The notes under the pieces are model-generated. The model did not search any database, had not been told where the DNA came from, and saw nothing but the letters and a program-made list of their open reading frames with translations. From Candidatus Pacearchaeota archaeon (lineage in GTDB: Archaea; Nanobdellota; Nanobdellia; Pacearchaeales; GW2011-AR1), in the NCBI GenBank assembly GCA_016866975.1, contig VGKP01000016.1:1-15999 (forward strand): a stretch of 15,999 bases of DNA. Direction: 5' to 3'. This document shows, in pieces, positions 1 through 8,362 of this stretch (positions within the stretch are counted from its first letter, which is position 1; each line of letters starts with the position of its first letter). Made by a program: the position numbers and the translations under genes.

Positions 1-3
1 ATT

Positions 4-122
4 ATCAAAAAAACGATGCGCCACTGCGGCTTAAAAGCCGCAGTTTGATGCAGGCGCTCGTTTTTTGGATGCTCAAGGAACAACTCCAGCTTAAAAGCTG
101 GAGTTTTAGTCAAGTTCCTTGA
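4..122. repeat. Two adjacent bulged hairpins (4-70 and 73-122), each with a GCTTAAAAGC core; possible IS200/IS605-end-like miniature elements and/or a terminator for tbp
   Basis: Inner stems are ACTGCGGCT-TAAA-AGCCGCAGT (23-44) and AACTCCAGCT-TAAA-AGCTGGAGTT (82-105). Each is followed by an 8-nt unpaired segment and closed by an outer stem. They lie directly 3' of the tbp stop codon. The structure is seen directly; the function is inferred. Confidence 0.6.
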
Positions 123-130
123 CATAAGCA

Positions 131-685
131 CTATTCTTTGCTTTCTTTTATAGCCTGCTTAATGTTCTTGTTGAGCTGAGTCATAGAATCTTCTAACTGC
201 TGCTTGTTTTTAGTTCCTGTGCACACAAGTTTTCCATTTGAAAACAACAAGAATGTTGCCGTTGGGTCCATAAGTTTGTACACAAGACCTGGAAACTGCT
301 CTGGTTCATACTCTGTGTTCTCAAGTTGAAGAGCTAAAAGATTGAGGTTGAGATTAAGTTCGATACTGCCAGAAGCAACAATATTTTGTACTGTTATCTT
401 TGGCTTCTCAGTTACTCTCACCCCAATCTTAGCTATTTGCCTAATAACGGCATCAATCACCTCTTTGACTTGTGCGACGCTTTTAGTTCCTGTGCACACA
501 AGATTCCCAGAAGAAAACACCAGAACCGCTGACTTGGGCTTGTCTATTCTAAGCACCAGACCAGGGAATTGTTCGGGATTATATTCTGTATTGCTTTGCG
601 TCCTGGCAAGTTTTGTAAGAGATATTTCCTTTCCAAGAGAAGTAGTGGCGACAATATTTTGTACTTTTAAGTTAGACGTAGTCAT
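131..685 (-). CDS. tbp: TATA-box-binding protein
   Basis: Two TBP repeats, each with NIVA(T/S), YxPEQFPGLV and FS(S/N)GxLVCTG motifs. Confidence 0.98.
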   Translation of the reverse strand: MTTSNLKVQNIVATTSLGKEISLTKLARTQSNTEYNPEQFPGLVLRIDKPKSAVLVFSSGNLVCTGTKSVAQVKEVIDAVIRQIAKIGVRVTEKPKITVQNIVASGSIELNLNLNLLALQLENTEYEPEQFPGLVYKLMDPTATFLLFSNGKLVCTGTKNKQQLEDSMTQLNKNIKQAIKESKE

Positions 686-706
686 ATGCCTTTATAAATG
701 ACTTTA

Positions 707-720
707 TTTATAAACCTTTC
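707..720 (-). promoter_or_regulatory. BRE-TATA promoter of tbp
   Basis: Minus strand reads GAAAGG-TTTATAAA, with the TATA box at -29..-22 from the ATG. Confidence 0.75.
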
Positions 721-773
721 TTAAACCTAGTTTTTTCTAATGCAATAGCAGTCCCTGGAATGATAAACTCAGA

Positions 774-2468
774 TTATCTCTGTTTCTTTACCTCTTTCTT
801 AATCTCAGACAAAGTAGCAATCTCATCAGGTTTTTTGTCAGGCCTGTATCTCGTTATCCTGGGAAACCTAAGTGCATATTCAGAAGAGTAACTTGGGCTT
901 TCCTGTATGTTCTGATATGTCACTGCAATAACTATTTCAGGCCTTACTCTTATTTGATTATCCTTCTCTGATATAATCAAAGGCCTGAGTAATTTTGTCA
1001 TTTCTTCATAAGTGGTCTCTTGCCCATCATTTTCCTTTTTTTCCTTCAGGCCTGAAGATACTTTACCTATCTCCAAGAATTCTTCTCCATCTTTGCACGC
1101 TACGATATAGCTTGTAAGCCAGCCTCCTCTCTTCCCAGTACCATATTCAGCTCCGACAATAACCAGGTCAAGGTCAGCTATAGTAGGCTTTATTTTTACC
1201 ATATATCCGACTTTCCTTCCCTGCCTGTAAGGAGCATCAAGTTTCTTCATCATTATTCCTTCTTCCCCTTCATCTAAAGCCGATTGATAGAACACTTCAG
1301 CTTCCTCTTCATCCTCGACTATTTTTTGCACAGCAGGCCTTATCACAAGGGCCTGTGTCTTGACTATCTTTTCTACTATTTTCCTTCTTTCTAAATAAGG
1401 TGTGTCAAGAGTGTTCTTACCATCATGATATAACACATCAAATATATTTATCTCTACAGGTAGAGTCTTAGCAAGTTTATCGATATCATATTTTCTTTTT
1501 ATTCTCTGACTTATTGCTTCAAAAGGAAGATATTTTTTTGTCTTTAAATCGTATCCAACCACTTCTGCATCAAGCACATATTCTTTCGCAGAGATATATT
1601 TTCTTGCAGCGCTCACAACATCTGGGAACTGAGAAGTTACATTCTCTAATCTTCTTGTAAAAAGAGTTATATCCTCTCCCCTTTTGTTGATAAGCATTCT
1701 GAATCCATCATATTTATATTCTGCAGCTGCAGGTGTCCCGCATATTCTGAATGCCTCTTCAAGAGTATCTGCCTTGACTGCAAGCATTACGCTGACCGGT
1801 CTTCCAGGTACAAGATCTATCTCGCCTAACGCAAGCATTCCTTTCCTAGCCGCGTCAAATAAAAGAGAAAAATCATTGGCAAGATGATATTTTTCCTCTA
1901 AGACTTGCTTGGCATCATCTTCATTGACAAAGAATGCTTCTGCTATTGCATCTATAAGCAATGCGTCTGCAACTCCCACTCTCAAGTCACTTAGTAATGT
2001 CCTGACTATATACTTGGCTTCTTTTGGGGCAGCAGATGTAAGTAACTCAGAAATAAGGGAAATTTTCCTGTCAACTGCACCCTTTCCTTCTATACTAATA
2101 ATCATCTTTAGATTGTCAAAGACTTTTTTTACATCAAGTTTTTTCATGAATAGGGCTCGCTGCCTTCTTTTTTGAGAGTATCTTTCTGCAATCTCTCCTA
2201 TATCTCCTGCCTCATTAAAATCTGCAATTATTTTTTCTTGCGACACGCCAAAAGATGCACTCATTGCTTTTAACGTAAGTTGAGTAGATATCCCGAGTTC
2301 TCTAGAATCATAATCAGGTGTGACTTTACCTCTCAATAGATAAATCCACTCGCTACTCTCTTCTTTCTGAAGCCTTTTCAGGAATTCTGCAAGTATCCCT
2401 ATTTTTTCTATTTTTTTGCTGGTCGAAGAAAGTCGATCATAGACTTCAACAAAGGTTGCATAATCCAT
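774..2468 (-). CDS. lig: ATP-dependent DNA ligase (archaeal type)
   Basis: N-terminal DNA-binding domain, adenylation motif EYKYDGFR, LDAEVV, EGIMMK, DLVIVGAEYGTGKR and LRFPR motifs. Confidence 0.97.
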   Translation of the reverse strand: MDYATFVEVYDRLSSTSKKIEKIGILAEFLKRLQKEESSEWIYLLRGKVTPDYDSRELGISTQLTLKAMSASFGVSQEKIIADFNEAGDIGEIAERYSQKRRQRALFMKKLDVKKVFDNLKMIISIEGKGAVDRKISLISELLTSAAPKEAKYIVRTLLSDLRVGVADALLIDAIAEAFFVNEDDAKQVLEEKYHLANDFSLLFDAARKGMLALGEIDLVPGRPVSVMLAVKADTLEEAFRICGTPAAAEYKYDGFRMLINKRGEDITLFTRRLENVTSQFPDVVSAARKYISAKEYVLDAEVVGYDLKTKKYLPFEAISQRIKRKYDIDKLAKTLPVEINIFDVLYHDGKNTLDTPYLERRKIVEKIVKTQALVIRPAVQKIVEDEEEAEVFYQSALDEGEEGIMMKKLDAPYRQGRKVGYMVKIKPTIADLDLVIVGAEYGTGKRGGWLTSYIVACKDGEEFLEIGKVSSGLKEKKENDGQETTYEEMTKLLRPLIISEKDNQIRVRPEIVIAVTYQNIQESPSYSSEYALRFPRITRYRPDKKPDEIATLSEIKKEVKKQR

Positions 2469-2512
2469 GTTCTTAGATGATTAATATGCTATATAATGAT
2501 TGCCTTCAGGAT

Positions 2513-4495
2513 TTACTCTTGACTCTCTTCTTTTCTCTTTGAAAGAAAGAATTTTGCCAAGGCTCCAAGTATGGCGAGAGCGAGGATGACTGCTATGACT
2601 ATTACTGCAGGGGATATAGGGCTCTTTCCATCACTTCCGCTTACCCCTTCAGGAGACACCTTATTCACTTCCTTGTTCTTATCATCTACTCCGGAAACTA
2701 CAGATTTTGGCGCAGCAGGAACAGCTTCATTTATAGATTTAAGGCTAAAATCGACCTGTTGCTGTGCCCGATTTACACTGCTTACTGATAGAAGTACATC
2801 ATACACTCCATCTCCATTCACGTCTATCTTCTTGTTTTCACCCTTTGCCAACTTCACTATTTGAGGTATAGATGTTACAAGGAATGTCGCAGTAGTCTCA
2901 GATATTGCTTTGATCTCTGCTTGGTCTACATTATCGCCTACTCTAAATCTAGTTATATCTCCTATCTTTGCCTGGATAAGCTTGCCTGTTTTAAAATCTT
3001 CGGCAGATAATGTCCTTATGAAAGAACCTCCTCCTGCACCACTATCGCCTTGTCCCCCACCCCCAGTATTAGTATTGCCCGCGCCCCCTGTATTAGTAGC
3101 TACAGTAGCTTGGCAAGTATTTAGTTTACAAGCCGAGCTACATCCTTTTGGACATGCCCCATTATTCGCAGTACCAAGGTCGCATGTTTCTCCTGCATCA
3201 ACAACAGCATTGCCGCAAGTCTTACTGCTAACAGATTCTCCACTCCCAGATTGCTGACAGATATTTAGTTTACAAGCCGAGCTACATCCTTTTGGACATG
3301 CCCCATTATTTGCAGTTCCGAGGTCGCATGTTTCCCCTGCTTCTATCTGTCCGTTTCCGCAAACAGGAGCGCCTACACTTCCTCCACTTCCATCAATAGA
3401 AGGACAAGCATTCAATGTGCAAGATGCGCTGCAACCTTTTGGACATGCTCCGTTGCTTGCTCCAGAATCGCAGGCTTCATTACCTTCTTTTACACCATTA
3501 CCACAAACAGGAGCGCCTACACTTCCTCCACTTCCATCAATAGAAGGACAAGCATTCAATGTGCAAGATGCGCTGCAACCTTTTGGACATGCTCCGTTGC
3601 TTGCTCCAGAATCGCAGGCTTCATTACCTTCTTCTACACCATTACCACAAACAGGAGCGCCTACACTTCCTCCACTTCCATCAACAGAAGATTGCGTGGA
3701 TGAAACAGAAAGAGCTTTTACTTCATTCTCATTAAGGGCCCTATCAAATATCTTAATCTCATCAGCTTGCCCATTGAAATATCTATCAGAAATATCTCCA
3801 TCTGCTCCAATATACAAGTCGCCAACAGAAGCTACTGCACCTGAACTTGCAGTGCCTGCCTTTCCAGAGACTGCCCTTGAGCCCATTAAAACCCCATTCT
3901 TGTATAGCCTCAATTCATTCCCATCATAAGTACCTGCCCAATGTTCCCACACACCTTTTATTATCTTATTTGAAGAACTTGGGGCAGAATACCAATTACC
4001 GTTGATATGGACCCAGAATGTCACTGCACCATCGGGATCAGGAGAAAGAACAAATACCTCTCTCTGTGCAATCCAGCTTCCTGTAATCTCGCTTTTCTTT
4101 TCAGGAATACTTCCACTTGCTTGCTGAGTTATAGTATAAAAATCATTAGTCTTAAATCTTCCAGAGACAGTCAAAGACTGTGTAGGAAACTGAAGAGGAG
4201 AATTGAGTTTCTGCAACTTAAGATAGTCTCCATTCCCATCAAAGCTTACTACCTTAGAATCGCTGCCTCCATTGACTATTTTTGTGTCGCCAACTGGGAT
4301 AGCAGTATATACGTCATCTTTGGAAAGGTCATTCTTGTATCCATCTGAAAAACTCCATCCAAGTACAAGTGTAGAATCATATATCACATTTCCTGCAGGC
4401 TTTGGCATATATGAATACGCAAACAAAGCAACGACAACAAGTATTGCAACCGTCAACACAACTTTTGTAACTCTATCGCTTGCTCCTCTTTTCAT
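2513..4495 (-). CDS. Membrane-anchored surface protein: LamG-like (concanavalin A-like) domain, four Cys-rich repeats, Gly-rich linker and C-terminal TM anchor
   Basis: N-terminal hydrophobic segment, LamG-like motifs (SFDGNGDY, WEHWAGTYDG, LYKNG, FNGQADEIKIFDRAL), CGNG..E.CD.G...C...C repeats (DUF4215/Myxococcus Cys-rich-like), and a C-terminal TM helix with a basic tail. Start moved from TTG 4507 to ATG 4495 because a TTTATATA box lies at -30..-23 from it. Confidence 0.85.
   Translation of the reverse strand: MKRGASDRVTKVVLTVAILVVVALFAYSYMPKPAGNVIYDSTLVLGWSFSDGYKNDLSKDDVYTAIPVGDTKIVNGGSDSKVVSFDGNGDYLKLQKLNSPLQFPTQSLTVSGRFKTNDFYTITQQASGSIPEKKSEITGSWIAQREVFVLSPDPDGAVTFWVHINGNWYSAPSSSNKIIKGVWEHWAGTYDGNELRLYKNGVLMGSRAVSGKAGTASSGAVASVGDLYIGADGDISDRYFNGQADEIKIFDRALNENEVKALSVSSTQSSVDGSGGSVGAPVCGNGVEEGNEACDSGASNGACPKGCSASCTLNACPSIDGSGGSVGAPVCGNGVKEGNEACDSGASNGACPKGCSASCTLNACPSIDGSGGSVGAPVCGNGQIEAGETCDLGTANNGACPKGCSSACKLNICQQSGSGESVSSKTCGNAVVDAGETCDLGTANNGACPKGCSSACKLNTCQATVATNTGGAGNTNTGGGGQGDSGAGGGSFIRTLSAEDFKTGKLIQAKIGDITRFRVGDNVDQAEIKAISETTATFLVTSIPQIVKLAKGENKKIDVNGDGVYDVLLSVSSVNRAQQQVDFSLKSINEAVPAAPKSVVSGVDDKNKEVNKVSPEGVSGSDGKSPISPAVIVIAVILALAILGALAKFFLSKRKEESQE
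3118..3684 (-). repeat. Intragenic 144-bp (48-aa) tandem repeat array, about four units
   Basis: AAACAGGAGCGCC recurs at 3361, 3505 and 3649. TATTTAGTTTACAAGCCGAGC recurs at 3118 and 3262. All are spaced 144 bp apart. Confidence 0.95.
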
Positions 4496-4618
4496 CAAGA
4501 CATACAATCATATAGGATATATAAACTTTTGCGTAAACCTAAAAAAAATCATCTTTAAATATCATTGAAGACTAGTAATTACATGAAAGTCAAGTTAAAG
4601 GCAATAAGCTATCAGTAA

Positions 4619-5302
4619 TCAAAGCCATCCCTTCTTCTTTATTCCTTCATATACAATTTGAAAATCAAGTGTACTTTCAGGCAGGCTTCTATGTTTCCTC
4701 AAAATAGCGCTCCTTCTTCCTTTCTCATTTGTTAGTTCTATTAGACACTTGCCCCAATACTTCAGGATATCTCCTCCTACCATCTTCTGCTCTTCATCCC
4801 ACCTATATACTTGGTTCGTGACTATTATCGGAATCCCTCTTTTCCGAGCTATCTCTGCAAGTGTCCTCATCTGAGAAGCGAGTTCACTGTTTACCGATTG
4901 CACCTTATCATCTTGCTCTCTTGCAGTAGCCATGTCAAGCCGGTATAGCATAGTCATTCCATCTACAATTATTAGGCCTATCTCATCTTTAAGATAATGA
5001 GAGAGTTTCCGAAATACTTCTTTTTGCTCGCTGAAGTCAAGGGGATTTAGCAACAAAATATTTTTCAGTATATCTCCAGTCATCTCTCCAGCCATTTGTT
5101 TGACTCTATCTGAACTGAAGCCACCTTCAGTATCGATATACAATACCTTATTGCCTTTTTTTGCTTGAGAGACCGCTGCAAGTATGCAGAAATTTGTCTT
5201 TCCAGTCCCTGCCCCCCCATATAAAACAGATATGACATCACACTCGTAGCCTCCATGTAACCACCTGTTCAAGTCGTAGCTTCCAGCAGAGATTTTCGCC
5301 AT
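4619..5302 (-). CDS. radB: DNA repair and recombination protein RadB
   Basis: RecA-like core without the RadA N-terminal domain; Walker A GGAGTGKTN, YIDTEGGFS, Walker B IIVDG, VTNQV, and the RadB basic patch RKHRS. Confidence 0.93.
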   Translation of the reverse strand: MAKISAGSYDLNRWLHGGYECDVISVLYGGAGTGKTNFCILAAVSQAKKGNKVLYIDTEGGFSSDRVKQMAGEMTGDILKNILLLNPLDFSEQKEVFRKLSHYLKDEIGLIIVDGMTMLYRLDMATAREQDDKVQSVNSELASQMRTLAEIARKRGIPIIVTNQVYRWDEEQKMVGGDILKYWGKCLIELTNEKGRRSAILRKHRSLPESTLDFQIVYEGIKKKGWL

Positions 5303-5537
5303 GTCAAAAATCTCCCTTAAGAATAGGATTCTTGATCATTATTAAGAACTGAACACAGACATAAAAAGTTCTTGCCATAAAATAAAAGAAAGAGAGAAGT
5401 ATTTAAAGTAAATGATGAAGCTCGAAAAATCAAAACGGCAATCTTCAAGAGAGCCTACATTCTAGAATTAGAAGAAATCTCCCACTTAACACGAGCAAGA
5501 GATATAAATAGATAAAAAAATAATTAAAAGAGTAAGT

Positions 5538-5729
5538 TTACCTCTTCTTTGACGCTTTTGGCGATGAATTTCCGCCGAAGCAAGTCTTGCAGGCAAACGA
5601 GTGGACAAGAGAAACTAGTCCAGCAATAACTATTACCCACAATGCCCATGGCTGAGGACTCTGCATCTGAACCAAAGCTACTACAACAATGACCAATGCA
5701 AGGATCGCCTCACAAATGCTTTTACACAT
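5538..5729 (-). CDS. Small two-TM membrane protein (63 aa) with flanking Cys pairs; function unknown
   Basis: MCKSICEAILALVIVVVALVQ...WALWVIVIAGLVSLVHSFACKTCF. Start moved from 5828 to ATG 5729, which is preceded by GGAGG and by TTTATTAA at 5762-5769. Confidence 0.7.
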   Translation of the reverse strand: MCKSICEAILALVIVVVALVQMQSPQPWALWVIVIAGLVSLVHSFACKTCFGGNSSPKASKKR

Positions 5730-5840
5730 AATACGCCTCCAAAAAGAGTAATGAAAAAGAGTTAATAAATCTAACGACGATAAATGAAAACAAACAGCAT
5801 TAATAAACTTAACTATACTCATCAACAAAATACAAAATGT

Positions 5841-6089
5841 CTATTTCTTGACCGCATCAAGAAGCTGGTTGCAGTCTTTCTTCAAGGCAGATATGGCTCC
5901 GCTAACGCTTTTCTTAACATTTGGGCTCTTTATCTTAAAGATTAGTGGCTTTGAAGGATGCTCTCTCCTCCATGCTGCAAACTCAACATCCTGCTCATTA
6001 AGATAAGCCCTTAATATTTCAGCTACAGTTAGATTATCTATCTTCAGCTCTACTTCATTCTTCTCGGAAGAAACTATCTCAATGTTCAT
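5841..6089 (-). CDS. rpoL: DNA-directed RNA polymerase subunit L (Rpo11)
   Basis: 82 aa with the Rpo11/RPB11-like pattern NLTVAEILRAYL...VEFAAWRREHP; size and C-terminal helix fit. Confidence 0.85.
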   Translation of the reverse strand: MNIEIVSSEKNEVELKIDNLTVAEILRAYLNEQDVEFAAWRREHPSKPLIFKIKSPNVKKSVSGAISALKKDCNQLLDAVKK

Positions 6090-6105
6090 CTAGATGAGTC
6101 CTGCA

Positions 6106-6125
6106 AAAGTATTTATAAAGCTTTC
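6106..6125. promoter_or_regulatory. Bidirectional promoter: one palindromic TATA box (TTTATAAA, 6112-6119) with purine-rich BRE-like flanks on both strands
   Basis: The box edges are 23 nt from both the rpoL ATG (6089) and the ATG at 6142. Confidence 0.7.
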
Positions 6126-6141
6126 GAGCCCAATCTTTTCT

Positions 6142-7608
6142 ATGCATAGAACTCTGGCAAGCATCAAAACATTCATTTTCAATAACCCTATTCTCACTTT
6201 CTTCTTTATCGCAACAACCATTTTTTACCTTTTTCAACATGTAATCTCCATTACATGGGATTTTTCCTCATATGTCCTTAATGCGAGATGTTTCTTCTTC
6301 GATGGTCAATATTGCGAGACTCAAAGGCCTCCACTAGCCTCATTAATATTGGCACCTTTCCTGGTATTCGGCAAATTGGGGGAATTTCTATACATAATAG
6401 GGATTTCAGCATTGTTTTTCTATTCAACCTTGAAGATTGCAGATGCTTCATTGAACAAGCAAAATAGTAAAGAGGAAAAGAAAGTTGCTAGATGGATATT
6501 TGCATTCTTCAGCATCAGCATATTTACACTATTGTTTGGCCAAAAAGAAGGGACGGAGCTCCTCACACTATCTCTTCTTGAGCTGGCGGTCGCACAGATT
6601 ATTCTTGGCAAGAACTCTGGATGGTTCTTCGGGCTTGCATTCTTGGCAAGATACCCTTCCTTGATTTTTATTCCTTTGATGTTTATTTATAATAAACCAA
6701 AAGCAATCCTGAGAAACATAGCATCATTTGCAATCGTAGTCTTCCCATGGTTCCTCTGGAATTTTATCTTTTATGGAAATTGGTTCACAGGTTTCATTGA
6801 TGGATACGCACAGAATATCTCTCTTCGCCAAGCCATCATGCCTCTGAACATCAACGACATCCTTGCAGTCTCGAGTTACTACACTATCCCTGCCATTTTA
6901 GGCATCCTGCTCTCATTTTTCTTTATTTTTTCATCGAAAAAAGAATATAAGTTCACCATCACTATAATCTCTCTATTCACTGCCATATTGATATGGAATT
7001 ATTCTACAATCCCTACAAAGTTCCCAAGATATTTGTTCAACCTTTTAATTCCAATAGCATTCTTCTCATCTATATTCTTGATTTTTGCAATATCCAATCT
7101 GAAAAGATGGGTGAATGTAATTGGAGTCGTCTTAGGCACATTGTTCACCATTACACTTCTTACTGCATTTATTACGACTATGCATGAGACCAAATATGCC
7201 TTGCCATTCCAAGAAGCAGCAGATGATATTAAGCAACTTAACTTAGAAGATTGTGAGATACTTTCCCCTCATTGGGTGCCTGTCACCTACTATACGGATA
7301 ATGTATACCCATTAGAATTCAATTCAGTAACACAGGCCATAGAGAAAAACAAGACTATTCTTATTTTCACAAAAGAAAGAACTCCAGATGATTCTTTTAC
7401 AGAGCAAGACTTACAACAGCTCCCAATTCTTAAAATGACAGATGATTATGTCTTTTATGCAAGATCAAATATACAAGAAGCCTGCTCTCCCAAATATCTC
7501 TATAATGCCCCTTATATCGAAGATCATTGTTCAATGATTGCCAAAGCATTTCCATTTTTAATGGAACAAATAAAATCTGTCTGCTATTCTATAAATAGAA
7601 ATCCTTAA
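6142..7608 (+). CDS. Polytopic membrane protein, GT-C-fold glycosyltransferase-like (PMT/ArnT-like)
   Basis: Many TM helices; WDFSSY..., RPPL, TELL, GLAFLARYP and PRY motifs typical of GT39/GT83-like proteins; soluble C-terminal domain. Start moved from 6094 to 6142 based on TATA position. Confidence 0.7.
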   Translation: MHRTLASIKTFIFNNPILTFFFIATTIFYLFQHVISITWDFSSYVLNARCFFFDGQYCETQRPPLASLILAPFLVFGKLGEFLYIIGISALFFYSTLKIADASLNKQNSKEEKKVARWIFAFFSISIFTLLFGQKEGTELLTLSLLELAVAQIILGKNSGWFFGLAFLARYPSLIFIPLMFIYNKPKAILRNIASFAIVVFPWFLWNFIFYGNWFTGFIDGYAQNISLRQAIMPLNINDILAVSSYYTIPAILGILLSFFFIFSSKKEYKFTITIISLFTAILIWNYSTIPTKFPRYLFNLLIPIAFFSSIFLIFAISNLKRWVNVIGVVLGTLFTITLLTAFITTMHETKYALPFQEAADDIKQLNLEDCEILSPHWVPVTYYTDNVYPLEFNSVTQAIEKNKTILIFTKERTPDDSFTEQDLQQLPILKMTDDYVFYARSNIQEACSPKYLYNAPYIEDHCSMIAKAFPFLMEQIKSVCYSINRNP

Positions 7609-8285
7609 TCGAACAACTCTATGTCGCTTCCAGTCATCTTATCTTGGATCAATGTGCTTGCATTTGCTCTTTCTTTCTCATAGACTTCCCTTCTCTGCCT
7701 TCTCTCCATCCATCTCGAAGGAGCAGGCTTAGGCCCTTCGTATCTCTTTGCAGGAGCAATCTCTTTCTCTGGAGTTTTTTCAAGTGTTTTAAGAGGTTGT
7801 GCTTGTTTTTCTTTATCAGCGTTTGGTACAGTAGCACTTGTTCCAAGAGCCAACTCTTTCATGTTTGCCTGATAGTTTTGTCCATCTTTTCTAAGCATGA
7901 CTCCAAGATACTTCTCAAGACGACTTATTATGATATAGTTTTCAGCAGGCAATATTCCATTTTCTATCATCTTAACAGCGTGTTCAGAGCATTGGATAGC
8001 AGATGCAACTTGCTTCCTAGTCATCCCCATCTCCTTTCTTCTCTGCCCGACGATCCAATGAAAATGCTCTACAAGACTCCCCGCAATATCATTCTGTCTG
8101 TATCTAAGTGGTTTCCTGAATGCGTCTAATCCTGAAGGCCTTCTATCTGCAGGCTGTTCTGCAACTGGCTGTGCAGCAGCTATAACTTTCCTCCTAAGTA
8201 TCATCAAACCTTCCCTTATGGCATATTCTTCTGGGACTTTGACTATTTTGCCGTCATCAATAGCTTCCACCATCTTTAATTCCAT
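7605..8285 (-). CDS. Archaeal multiprotein bridging factor 1 (aMBF1)-like HTH protein
   Basis: Cro/C1-type HTH: LVEHFHWIVGQRRKEMGMTRKQVASAIQCSEHAVKMIENG...RLEKYLGV, matching the aMBF1 pattern. The N-terminus lacks Zn-ribbon cysteines. Confidence 0.7.
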   Translation of the reverse strand: MELKMVEAIDDGKIVKVPEEYAIREGLMILRRKVIAAAQPVAEQPADRRPSGLDAFRKPLRYRQNDIAGSLVEHFHWIVGQRRKEMGMTRKQVASAIQCSEHAVKMIENGILPAENYIIISRLEKYLGVMLRKDGQNYQANMKELALGTSATVPNADKEKQAQPLKTLEKTPEKEIAPAKRYEGPKPAPSRWMERRQRREVYEKERANASTLIQDKMTGSDIELFD

Positions 8286-8362
8286 ACAGATTCTAAAACC
8301 TTCTGCTTTTTATCTTTTATGGTGATGACTCATCAGAATCTCTGGGTTAAATTAATAAAGAT

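Noticed and set aside
5301-5520. Short plus-strand reading frames between radB and the 63-aa gene
   Set aside because: The ATG-initiated frames are only 14-17 codons, and the longer frame (NDEARKIK...) has an upstream stop and no start codon. There is not enough support for a gene or pseudogene.
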